Program-made: the position numbers and the translations under genes
Notes under the pieces: model-generated
Databases searched by the model: none
Told to the model about the DNA's origin: nothing
What the model saw: the letters and a program-made list of their open reading frames with translations, nothing else
Shown here: positions 10,114-17,996 of the stretch, one piece after another
How positions within the stretch are numbered: the first letter of the stretch is position 1
How the letters are laid out: each line of letters begins with the position of its first letter
From: an uncultured virus (IMG/VR IMGVR_UViG_3300026479_000007)
Lineage: Duplodnaviria; Heunggongvirae; Uroviricota; Caudoviricetes
Length of the DNA stretch: 20,000 nt
Reading direction: 5' to 3' (one strand)
IMG/VR virus record: IMGVR_UViG_3300026479_000007
Span: 118,335 to 138,334 of that record

Positions 10114-10827
10114 ATGGCAACTAAAGGAGGTTTAAATATAGTTACAGATGGTTTAGAGTTTTATCTTGATGCTTCTAATTCTAAAAGTTATATAAGTGGC
10201 AACACTTTATTTAATGATTTGGTAGGTTCGAAAAGTTTAGAGCTAAACAATGGTGTTTCATACACAACAGATAACTTAGGTAGTTTAGAGTTTGATGGTT
10301 TGAATGATTATTGTATTGATTCTGAAATTTACAATATGAATAAAGCAGAAATGACATTTGATTTTTGGTTTAAAAGATATGCTTCAAATAATACTTATAA
10401 TATGGTTTGGAATATGTATTTACCTTATTTTGCATTTAGGTCTGATAATACATTTCACTTTTCAAGATTTACGGTTATTAGTAGCGTTACAACACAAAGG
10501 AATTTATATTCCAACAATACATTCCAAAATAATGTTTGGTATAATGTTGTGTGTACAAATAATCAAGATGTTACATCTGGAAACAATACAGTTAACATGT
10601 ACGTAAATGGAGAACTTGAAGTAAGTGAAACTATTCCCAATTCTGTAGATACAGTTTATTATTCAACTGTTTTTAATAGAAGATTAGGAATAGCATTTTG
10701 GGATATAACAAATCCAAGGCATTTTTTTGAAGGTAAAATCCCAAGTTTAAAAATATACAATAAAATATTATCCCCAGAAGAAGTACAACAAAACTATAAT
10801 GCAACAAAATCAAGATTTGGATTATAA
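10114..10827 (+). CDS. LamG/concanavalin A-like lectin-fold protein (paralogue of 8426..9124)
   Basis: Shares IVTDGLEFY, LNNGVSYTTDNLGSLxFDGL, TTQR, FEGKIPSLKIYNKILS and terminal RFGL with 8426..9124. Confidence 0.8.
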   Translation: MATKGGLNIVTDGLEFYLDASNSKSYISGNTLFNDLVGSKSLELNNGVSYTTDNLGSLEFDGLNDYCIDSEIYNMNKAEMTFDFWFKRYASNNTYNMVWNMYLPYFAFRSDNTFHFSRFTVISSVTTQRNLYSNNTFQNNVWYNVVCTNNQDVTSGNNTVNMYVNGELEVSETIPNSVDTVYYSTVFNRRLGIAFWDITNPRHFFEGKIPSLKIYNKILSPEEVQQNYNATKSRFGL

Positions 10828-10847
10828 AAATAAATAAAAAAAACAAC

Positions 10848-10855
10848 ATATTTAT
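10848..10855 (+). promoter_or_regulatory. ATATTTAT motif, putative late promoter element
   Basis: Intergenic, 40 nt upstream of ATG 10896. Confidence 0.55.
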
Positions 10856-10895
10856 ATAATATAAAATTTCTGGATAGGGAAAGGAATTAAAAATT

Positions 10896-12992
10896 ATGGG
10901 AAACGAATTTGTAATTAAAAATGGATTTATATCCAAAGGTGATAGTGAAGTCCAAGGTAGTTTAACGGCTACAACATATTATGGTGATGGTTCTAATTTA
11001 AGTGGAACAACACCATGGAGTCAATCAGGTACAAGTATATATTATAATGATGGTAATGTTGGTATTGGAACAGAAACTCCAAGTGAAATATTAGAAGTTG
11101 TACAAAACACAGAAAAATTTAGATTAAATCTAGATTTTGCGGATGGACCACAAGCTGCACTTTCTACAACACGAACTGATATAGTATCTAGATTTGCTGC
11201 ATCTGATGGAGTTGTTTCAACTACTATGAATACTGTCGGTTTTGATTGGACTGGTTCTACTGTGTATGGTGACCCTGGTGATAGTTCTATTTATTCTAAC
11301 ACATCTGCTAACGGAATAAGTATAATAAGTGCACCTGGTACTGGTACAGATGATTATATTAGATTGTATGCTGGTGGTAATCCACAGACTAATATATCGG
11401 ATTTACATATTCAAGGTTCTGGTAGTACAAAAGGGTACGTAGGTATTGGAACAGAAACGCCTACATCAAAATTAGAAGTTGTAGGTTCTTTTAATTTAAG
11501 AGAGTTTGGTAATATATCTACTGTAACTGGTAATACAGCTGGTTGGTATCGAATTGGTTATACATCAGGTGGTGATAGAGGTGGTATCCGAGTTCTTATT
11601 TCATATGCTGGTGGGAATTGGACACCAACTACATATGTCATTAATGCTTTTAAAAATTGGTCTGACTCTGTAGCAACACTTCAATTAGAAAAATACGGAC
11701 AATCAAATTATATCCATGAAGTTAGGATAGTAGAAGATGAAATTGATTCTACAACATACCATTTAGAAGTGTATTTACCAAATCTTACTGCTGGTCACAA
11801 TGCTAAAATTTATTTTGACAAAAATTTAGGATATGAAGGTTCATGGAATTTAAATACAGGTGTGTTATCAGCATCTACAAGTGTAGTAAATCCAGTAGCT
11901 CGTTCTCCATTTACATCAGCATCCGATGGTTATACATTTGAAAATATCATATTAAATAATAATATTAATAATAATTTTTGGAAATTAGAGGATGGTGATG
12001 GGTTTTTATATTTCAAAGATTCTAATAGTGATACACCACTAACATTACAAGCTGAAGATAATTTTGTAGGCATAAATAATACAAGTCCATTAGTAGAGTT
12101 AGATGTTAGTGGAGATACAAAAATAAGTGGAACACTTAATATAGGAACATTAGGTACAGGTACTTCAGTTACAAATTTAGGCGTTGATTCTACTGGTAAT
12201 GTTGTTAGTGGAAATACAAATACAGGTATTTATGGTGGTGATGGAACTATACCATTAAACACAATAGCATCGGTTAATGGAAATTTAACCTTTCAAGGTT
12301 TAGATGAAGATACTAAGATAATACTTAAAGATGGTAATAATGGCGGTGAAGTACATTTATTTTCAGATGGTAATGCTGGACAATCCGCACTTGAATTCTA
12401 CAATCCAGGTGGAGCTATTTTAACATCTAAAATACAGAATGCTGGTGGTGACACTAGGTTTATATCAAATGGTAGAGATTTATTGTTTACTACAAGTACA
12501 GGTGCAACAACAGAAGGTTTATTTATTGAAGCTGGTACTGGTAATGTGGGTGTTGGTACTACAACACCTTCAGTAGAATTTCACGTAAAGGGTGATAGTT
12601 CAATACTTAGGTTAGAAACTACATCAGCTAATAATTCTAATTTTATAGAATTTTATGACCCATCGGAAAGGAAGGGTTGGATTGGTTATCCTTCTAGTAC
12701 TTCATCTACAGATGCTCTTTTTATACGAAACGAAGAACATGGTTCTAAAATTATAATTAGTACTACAGATAGTGGTGGTACATCTAGAACTGCTATAGGT
12801 ATAGATGCTAATCAAAATGTAGAATTACCAAGTGGTAATTTAGATATTAGTGGAACACTTAATATAGGTACATTAGGCACTGGTACTTCAGTTACAAACT
12901 TAGGTATTGATGGTAGTGGTAATGTTGTTAGTGGAACAACAGGTGTTAGTGACGATAATAAGATATTTAGTTGGTTTATGAATGTAACATAA
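10896..12992 (+). CDS. Tail fibre-like protein 3 (698 aa)
   Basis: YYGDGSNLSG and GNVGIGTETP motifs shared with fibre 2, an internal 30-aa duplication, a central GWYRIG-containing beta domain, and a short C-terminal KIFSWFMNVT peptide. Confidence 0.75.
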   Translation: MGNEFVIKNGFISKGDSEVQGSLTATTYYGDGSNLSGTTPWSQSGTSIYYNDGNVGIGTETPSEILEVVQNTEKFRLNLDFADGPQAALSTTRTDIVSRFAASDGVVSTTMNTVGFDWTGSTVYGDPGDSSIYSNTSANGISIISAPGTGTDDYIRLYAGGNPQTNISDLHIQGSGSTKGYVGIGTETPTSKLEVVGSFNLREFGNISTVTGNTAGWYRIGYTSGGDRGGIRVLISYAGGNWTPTTYVINAFKNWSDSVATLQLEKYGQSNYIHEVRIVEDEIDSTTYHLEVYLPNLTAGHNAKIYFDKNLGYEGSWNLNTGVLSASTSVVNPVARSPFTSASDGYTFENIILNNNINNNFWKLEDGDGFLYFKDSNSDTPLTLQAEDNFVGINNTSPLVELDVSGDTKISGTLNIGTLGTGTSVTNLGVDSTGNVVSGNTNTGIYGGDGTIPLNTIASVNGNLTFQGLDEDTKIILKDGNNGGEVHLFSDGNAGQSALEFYNPGGAILTSKIQNAGGDTRFISNGRDLLFTTSTGATTEGLFIEAGTGNVGVGTTTPSVEFHVKGDSSILRLETTSANNSNFIEFYDPSERKGWIGYPSSTSSTDALFIRNEEHGSKIIISTTDSGGTSRTAIGIDANQNVELPSGNLDISGTLNIGTLGTGTSVTNLGIDGSGNVVSGTTGVSDDNKIFSWFMNVT
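10956..11069 (+). repeat. 114-nt repeat of 6395..6508 (fibres 2 and 3)
   Basis: Both encode GSLTATTYYGDGSNLSGTTPWSQSGTSIYYNDGNVGIG; 8 mismatches by eye, all synonymous. Confidence 0.9.
12846..12935 (+). repeat. 90-nt internal repeat of 12123..12212 in fibre 3
   Basis: ISGTLNIGTLGTGTSVTNLG(V/I)DxxGNVVSG occurs twice. Confidence 0.85.
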
Positions 12993-12993
12993 A

Positions 12994-13734
12994 ATGGGAT
13001 TAAGTTTAATAAAAGGAAATAGTGGTTATATTGGATTAGATAAGCGTGGTGAAGTCTCTAGTACTGGAACTACTGGTAGTGTGTCTGTACGTAAACAGTT
13101 TTTAGAGAGAAAAAGAGGGAATTTCATTCCAATTACACCAGGTGACCCATTTTTATTATTTGAGGATGATTTTGAAGATGGTACACTTAATAAATGGACT
13201 GTGGCTAATGAAGGTGGTACCAGTACAAATAAATCTGATTGGGTTGTTGGTACAGCGGTATCATCAAGTGGTGGTACACAGTCAGCTTATATTTCAGATA
13301 ATAATGGTGTTAACGCACAATATTATGGTTCTAGTCAAAGAGATAGTCATATTTATTTTGATTTTGATATCCCATCTGTCGCAACATCACTTACTTTAGA
13401 GTTTGATTGGAGGTGTAATGGAGAGAGTAGTTTTGATAATGGTTATGTAAATTATTGGAACACTTCATCAACTCCTTTAGCTGGTACTGAATACACATCA
13501 ATAACAGATAGAATAGGTGGTGATTCTAATGGTAGATTTAATGATTTATATCAACCTGGTGCTGATTTGAGTTGGTTTCGTGAAACAATAACTATAGATG
13601 GCACAACAGGTAATGGGCCTTTATTTACACCAGGTACAACACAAAGAATAGTGTTTAGTTGGACAAACGACAGTTCAGTTGAGAATAATCCAGGGATGTG
13701 CATAGATAATATTAGATTAATTTATAACGTATAA
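12994..13734 (+). CDS. Putative carbohydrate-binding jelly-roll protein (MAM/CBM-like)
   Basis: LFEDDFEDG...W...WVVG...AYIS...LTLEFDW...RIVFSWTND...GMCIDNIRL pattern resembles MAM/cleaved-adhesin-type beta-sandwiches; N-terminal peptide shared with the next gene. Confidence 0.6.
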   Translation: MGLSLIKGNSGYIGLDKRGEVSSTGTTGSVSVRKQFLERKRGNFIPITPGDPFLLFEDDFEDGTLNKWTVANEGGTSTNKSDWVVGTAVSSSGGTQSAYISDNNGVNAQYYGSSQRDSHIYFDFDIPSVATSLTLEFDWRCNGESSFDNGYVNYWNTSSTPLAGTEYTSITDRIGGDSNGRFNDLYQPGADLSWFRETITIDGTTGNGPLFTPGTTQRIVFSWTNDSSVENNPGMCIDNIRLIYNV

Positions 13735-14564
13735 TGAGTATAAGAGGAAATAGTGGGTTTATTGATACAGATAAAAGGTTTGGTTCTATTAGTGGTGATA
13801 CAAAAGGTATTATTGGTAGAGAACAACATTTTTTAGAAAGAACACAAGGCAGGTTTAGTAATGAACTTATACCAGCACCAACCGCATGGTACGATGCTGC
13901 TGAAAACATAACATTAAATGGTAGTAATGTCTCTGTTTGGGGTGATAAAAGCGGAAACGGTTTAGATATGATACAAAGTACAGCATCAGCTCAACCACCA
14001 TATAATTCATCAAATGTTGATTTAAATAATTTACCATCGGTTGATTGTGATAATGGTGACAGTATGGAGACATCTGACAGTACTTTGTTAGACTTAACAA
14101 GTACTGGTGGTTTTACAGCATATTACGTTGGTAAGTTAGATTCTTTCCCATCTACATTTGGTTTTTTTATTGGAAGAACAAATAGTACATCTTGGTCATT
14201 AGGGTGGGGTGTATTTTCTTATTCAGGAACTTTAAGATGGTTTGTAAATGATTGGAATACAGCTTCACAACGTTGTGAAACAAATTTACCTTCATCTATA
14301 GGTTCAAATATATTTAAAATGAGGTATGACCAAATAAATATAAGTGCTGAAATAATTGGACCTTCAGCTGATAGTGATACTCAACCATATACAAGTGCTG
14401 TTCAAGAGCCTTCTTCTGAAGGGTTGTTGCTTAATGCTGGTGGTAGTGATGTTTATGATTCAGATTTTGATTATGCTGAATATATATTTTACAATAGACC
14501 TTTAACGTCTGATGAACAAATTCAAGTTGAAAATTATTTAAAAACAAAATATAATATAAGTTAA
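13734..14564 (+). CDS. LamG-like lectin-fold protein
   Basis: AWYDAA...VSVWGDKSGNG...Q...QP and C-terminal EYIFYNRPLTSDEQIQVENYLKTKY; TAATG stop/start overlap. Confidence 0.7.
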   Translation: MSIRGNSGFIDTDKRFGSISGDTKGIIGREQHFLERTQGRFSNELIPAPTAWYDAAENITLNGSNVSVWGDKSGNGLDMIQSTASAQPPYNSSNVDLNNLPSVDCDNGDSMETSDSTLLDLTSTGGFTAYYVGKLDSFPSTFGFFIGRTNSTSWSLGWGVFSYSGTLRWFVNDWNTASQRCETNLPSSIGSNIFKMRYDQINISAEIIGPSADSDTQPYTSAVQEPSSEGLLLNAGGSDVYDSDFDYAEYIFYNRPLTSDEQIQVENYLKTKYNIS

Positions 14565-14565
14565 A

Positions 14566-15159
14566 ATGAGTTATTTAAAAATAGGAAAATACTTTGGTGA
14601 AAGTCAAGGATTTGAAACATATCAAATAAAAGAAATTTTAGATGTTAATTATCAAGATATAACTAATGTATATCATTGGTTTAAAATTGATGAATTAGAA
14701 AAAGATTTTTTGTATAGAAGGCAAATGGCTATTGAATACATAACTAGTGTTGGAGGGTTTGATAATTTAAGTGAATTAGATAAACCATATGCAGCTAAAA
14801 ATTACTGCGTAGGACCAATAGATAGAGATAAAATATTTACAAGTTCTGAACAAGAAGAGTATTGGTATTATTTTGTGGTAAATTCAGAAAATTGTAGAAA
14901 AGAAAGATGGGATAAAGCAAAGTCTTTTGCTTCTTATAGACTTTCAATTTCAGATTCTTCTAACTTGGCAGTATCAACATCATTGCTAAATGAAAATTAT
15001 ATAAAATATGGCATTGAAAGTTTTGCAGAAGATAGTCAAGATGGTTTGTATGATTGGTTAAAAAGTGAAGGTAATTATGTTTCTTCAGGTTTTTCAGAAA
15101 AAACTTATTATACAGAAGAATTAAAGAATGGAATAATAAATAAACTTAATGGTTTATAA
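14566..15159 (+). CDS. Hypothetical protein (197 aa, charged, probably helical)
   Basis: Coding-strand ORF starting 1 nt after the previous stop; no recognised motif. Confidence 0.7.
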   Translation: MSYLKIGKYFGESQGFETYQIKEILDVNYQDITNVYHWFKIDELEKDFLYRRQMAIEYITSVGGFDNLSELDKPYAAKNYCVGPIDRDKIFTSSEQEEYWYYFVVNSENCRKERWDKAKSFASYRLSISDSSNLAVSTSLLNENYIKYGIESFAEDSQDGLYDWLKSEGNYVSSGFSEKTYYTEELKNGIINKLNGL

Positions 15160-15168
15160 TAATTTAAC

Positions 15169-15176
15169 ATATTTAT
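15169..15176 (+). promoter_or_regulatory. ATATTTAT motif, putative late promoter element
   Basis: In a 29-nt gap, 12 nt upstream of ATG 15189. Confidence 0.55.
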
Positions 15177-15188
15177 AATAAAAAGAAG

Positions 15189-15518
15189 ATGGAATATTTA
15201 AATACAGGTAGTCATTTAGGAACAGGTTCAACTGTAGCACTTAGTGCTTCTACTACGACAAAGTATCTAGTTAAGACTGTACACGCAACTAACGTTTTTA
15301 GTGCTGATACTTCATTTAACTTATCTTGGGTTGATAATAGTGCTTCTCAAACATATTATTTAGCTTATGATATTACGATACCACAATCATCGTCATTTCA
15401 AGCTTTAGATGGAACTTTTACTTTAGATAATTTAGATAGTTTACAAGCAAGTTGTGGTAATGATAATGCTATAGATTTATCTATATCATATATGGAAATA
15501 ACAAATACAGAAGGTTAA
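15189..15518 (+). CDS. Small beta-sandwich virion protein, possible fibre adaptor (109 aa)
   Basis: Alternating beta-strand pattern (YLVKTVHATNV...YLAYDITIP...TLDNLDSLQAS...LSISYMEI); function inferred from context only. Confidence 0.6.
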   Translation: MEYLNTGSHLGTGSTVALSASTTTKYLVKTVHATNVFSADTSFNLSWVDNSASQTYYLAYDITIPQSSSFQALDGTFTLDNLDSLQASCGNDNAIDLSISYMEITNTEG

Positions 15519-15522
15519 GATT

Positions 15523-15855
15523 ATGAGTACAGAAAAATTAAAAAAAGTTTATAAGCCTAATATTGTTAAATTTAGGAGAATGTGGGTTAATTTATTTAGG
15601 AATTATAGTAAAAAAAATAAACTACAACCATCAGCAGTTATTGTATTTATAACATTTGTTATAACTATAATTTTAACTTTATTAGGTTTTACTAAATATG
15701 CATTTTTACCATTTGCAACTGGTTGTTCTTTTATTTTGGTAACGTTTATTTATTTTCATTTTTTTCCTTTAACTTGGAAAGAGATGAATGACGAAGAAAA
15801 GGAAGCTTATAAGTTTTTTAACCGATTGCCTAATGATTGGGATTTAGAAAAATAA
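15523..15855 (+). CDS. Small membrane protein with two predicted transmembrane helices (110 aa)
   Basis: Basic N-terminus, hydrophobic stretches AVIVFITFVITIILTLLGF and YAFLPFATGCSFILVTFIYFHFF, charged C-terminus. Confidence 0.7.
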   Translation: MSTEKLKKVYKPNIVKFRRMWVNLFRNYSKKNKLQPSAVIVFITFVITIILTLLGFTKYAFLPFATGCSFILVTFIYFHFFPLTWKEMNDEEKEAYKFFNRLPNDWDLEK

Positions 15856-15867
15856 AATTAAAATAAA

Positions 15868-16185
15868 ATGATTATTACAACAGGTCAAACAGTTTATGAA
15901 TTAATTAGGTCATTTAATCCTACAACTAATTTACCTATAACCCCAGTTAATCTTTCTTTCACTATGTATACTGACGGATTGGTTAATACAGGAGTCACTG
16001 TAAATTCTGTTTTATCTAATGCATCAGAAGGTATTTATTCAATATCTTGGTCAGCATCTACATTAGGAACTTTTCAATTATATGTAGATAATTTAGATAC
16101 TGGAGTAGTATACGTGTCTGAAATTTATAATGTAAAAAGAGATTCAGAAGTTAATCCTTCACCAACTATATATGTTGGGTTATAA
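15868..16185 (+). CDS. Hypothetical protein (105 aa, beta-rich, Ig-like pattern)
   Basis: Coding-strand ORF with GIYSISW...GTFQLYV strands. Confidence 0.65.
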   Translation: MIITTGQTVYELIRSFNPTTNLPITPVNLSFTMYTDGLVNTGVTVNSVLSNASEGIYSISWSASTLGTFQLYVDNLDTGVVYVSEIYNVKRDSEVNPSPTIYVGL

Positions 16186-16235
16186 TTAAAAAAACCACCC
16201 CCAGCTCCTCTAAAAGCATTTTTTAAAAAAAAATA

Positions 16236-16243
16236 ATATTTAT
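16236..16243 (+). promoter_or_regulatory. ATATTTAT motif, putative late promoter element
   Basis: Intergenic, 16 nt upstream of terminase ATG 16260. Confidence 0.55.
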
Positions 16244-16259
16244 AATTAAATAAATAATT

Positions 16260-17921
16260 ATGAATTATATAGAAGAATATATAAAATGTGTACAAAGTCC
16301 TGTCTATTTTGCTAACACATATGGATTTGTTTTTGATATGAAAAAACAGCAGATAGATAAAATGACTTGTTTTCCATATCAAGAATCTTGTTTAAACACA
16401 TTTAATGATAATCAAAATTCTATAGTTTTAAAGTCTAGACAAATGGGACTTTCAGTAATATCAGCTTTATATGTAGCTTGGAGGTTAGTTTTTTGTCCAG
16501 ATGAAAGAATATTAGTTGTTGCAGATAATGGTAATGGTGCAGTAAGATTTTTAAATACAGTTAGACAGTTTTTAGATAGACTTCCAGATTGGTTATTACC
16601 TGAAGAAAGGCTAATAAATAATACAAAACAAATTTCTTTTTCAAACGGTTCTTGGGTTAAGGCTGTTGCAAGTAGTAAACAAGCTGGTAGAGGTGAATCT
16701 TTAACTTGTTTAATTCTCGATGAGACAGCTTTTATTGAACATGCACAAGATATCTGGATGGGTGCTGGTTTAGCTTTATCAGCAACTCAAGGTAAGTGTA
16801 TAATGATATCAACACCCAAAGGAACAGGAAATTTATATCATCAAACTTGGACGCAAGCCACAAAAGGAAAAGGAAACTTTGTTCCAATTAAATTACATTG
16901 GTCTATACATCCAATTTTATCAGAAGATTTAGAAACAAGAGTAGATTCTGATGGAAAAGAATATCCTTGGAGTCCCTGGTATGAAGGAGAATGTAATAGA
17001 ATGCATCATAATAAAATTAAGATAGCACAAGAGTTAGATTTATCTTTCGAAGGTTCAACAGCAGTTGTGGTTGAGAGTTCTATAATACAAAAATATGTAA
17101 AAGATATAGGTGATAAACAACCTATATGTTATTATGATTTTAAAAGGACAGAATCTGGATTTTGTGATTATGTAACTTCTTTTCATGTTTGGAAAAAACC
17201 AGAAGAAAATGGCAATTATATAATTGGAGCCGATGTTGGTAGAGGGGATGGAGCGGATTATTCTACTGTTCAAGTTATAGATGCAGATAGTTTAGAGCAA
17301 GTTGCTGAATATCAAGGTAAAATAGTACCAGATGTTTTTGCTGAACTACTTTATAAAGTTGGTATTGAGTATAATAATGCATTTATGGCTGTAGAATGTA
17401 ACAGTTTTGGTTTAGCTACAACATTAATTTTGAAAAATACATTAAAATATCCAAAAGATAGAATGTATATTTCTAAATCAGCTGTTAAACTTTATAATAG
17501 AACACATAATTATGTGGTAGATAAAGATACTGATGTTCCTGGTTTTCAGACTACTGTAAAAACTAGACCACTCCTTTTAAATTCAATCGTTACAAATATG
17601 CGAGAAATGCATATAAAAATAAATTCATTAAGACTTCTTACTGAATTTGAAACTTTTGTTTATAAAGGTGACAAAGCTGAACATGAACCTGGATTTAATG
17701 ATGATTTAATTTTTGCACTTGCTATCGCTTTATTGATTAGGGATACTGAATTCGAATCTGTATTCTGGAACAAAAAGAAAACAATGGAAATGTTAGATAT
17801 GATAAGTCATAGTTCAAGTGATGTTGGGAATTTAAGTTTAGATGGCAATAAAAAAGAAAATTGGGAAGATGATGATGATTTTAATGATAACTCTTGGTTA
17901 TATGGCTCAATAAAAGGATAA
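16260..17921 (+). CDS. terL: Terminase large subunit (T4 gp17-like)
   Basis: Adenine-binding PYQ, Walker A region KSRQMGLS, Walker B LILDETAF, coupling motif ISTPKG, RNase H-like nuclease motifs IIGADVGRGDGADYS, VECNSFG and DDLIFA. Confidence 0.95.
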   Translation: MNYIEEYIKCVQSPVYFANTYGFVFDMKKQQIDKMTCFPYQESCLNTFNDNQNSIVLKSRQMGLSVISALYVAWRLVFCPDERILVVADNGNGAVRFLNTVRQFLDRLPDWLLPEERLINNTKQISFSNGSWVKAVASSKQAGRGESLTCLILDETAFIEHAQDIWMGAGLALSATQGKCIMISTPKGTGNLYHQTWTQATKGKGNFVPIKLHWSIHPILSEDLETRVDSDGKEYPWSPWYEGECNRMHHNKIKIAQELDLSFEGSTAVVVESSIIQKYVKDIGDKQPICYYDFKRTESGFCDYVTSFHVWKKPEENGNYIIGADVGRGDGADYSTVQVIDADSLEQVAEYQGKIVPDVFAELLYKVGIEYNNAFMAVECNSFGLATTLILKNTLKYPKDRMYISKSAVKLYNRTHNYVVDKDTDVPGFQTTVKTRPLLLNSIVTNMREMHIKINSLRLLTEFETFVYKGDKAEHEPGFNDDLIFALAIALLIRDTEFESVFWNKKKTMEMLDMISHSSSDVGNLSLDGNKKENWEDDDDFNDNSWLYGSIKG

Positions 17922-17996
17922 TCTATTTACTTTTTGAAAAAAAGTGTTTTATTGTTAAAAAAGTCTTCTAGAAAGCTTAGAAAAAAGAAAAATTAA

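Noticed and set aside
6395..11069. Diversity-generating retroelement template/variable repeat pair
   Set aside because: Both copies are coding, mismatches are synonymous third-position changes rather than adenine-specific, and no reverse transcriptase is present in the window.
1651..14564. Bacterial surface-adhesin locus rather than phage
   Set aside because: No signal peptides or secretion/anchoring C-termini were evident, and the genes are co-oriented with terminase and portal and share their upstream motif.
17929..17953. Intrinsic terminator (ACTTTTT-GAA-AAAAAGT) or overlapping sigma70-like promoter (TTTACT-N18-TATTGT) after terL
   Set aside because: The stem is almost all A-T and such matches are expected by chance in very AT-rich DNA.
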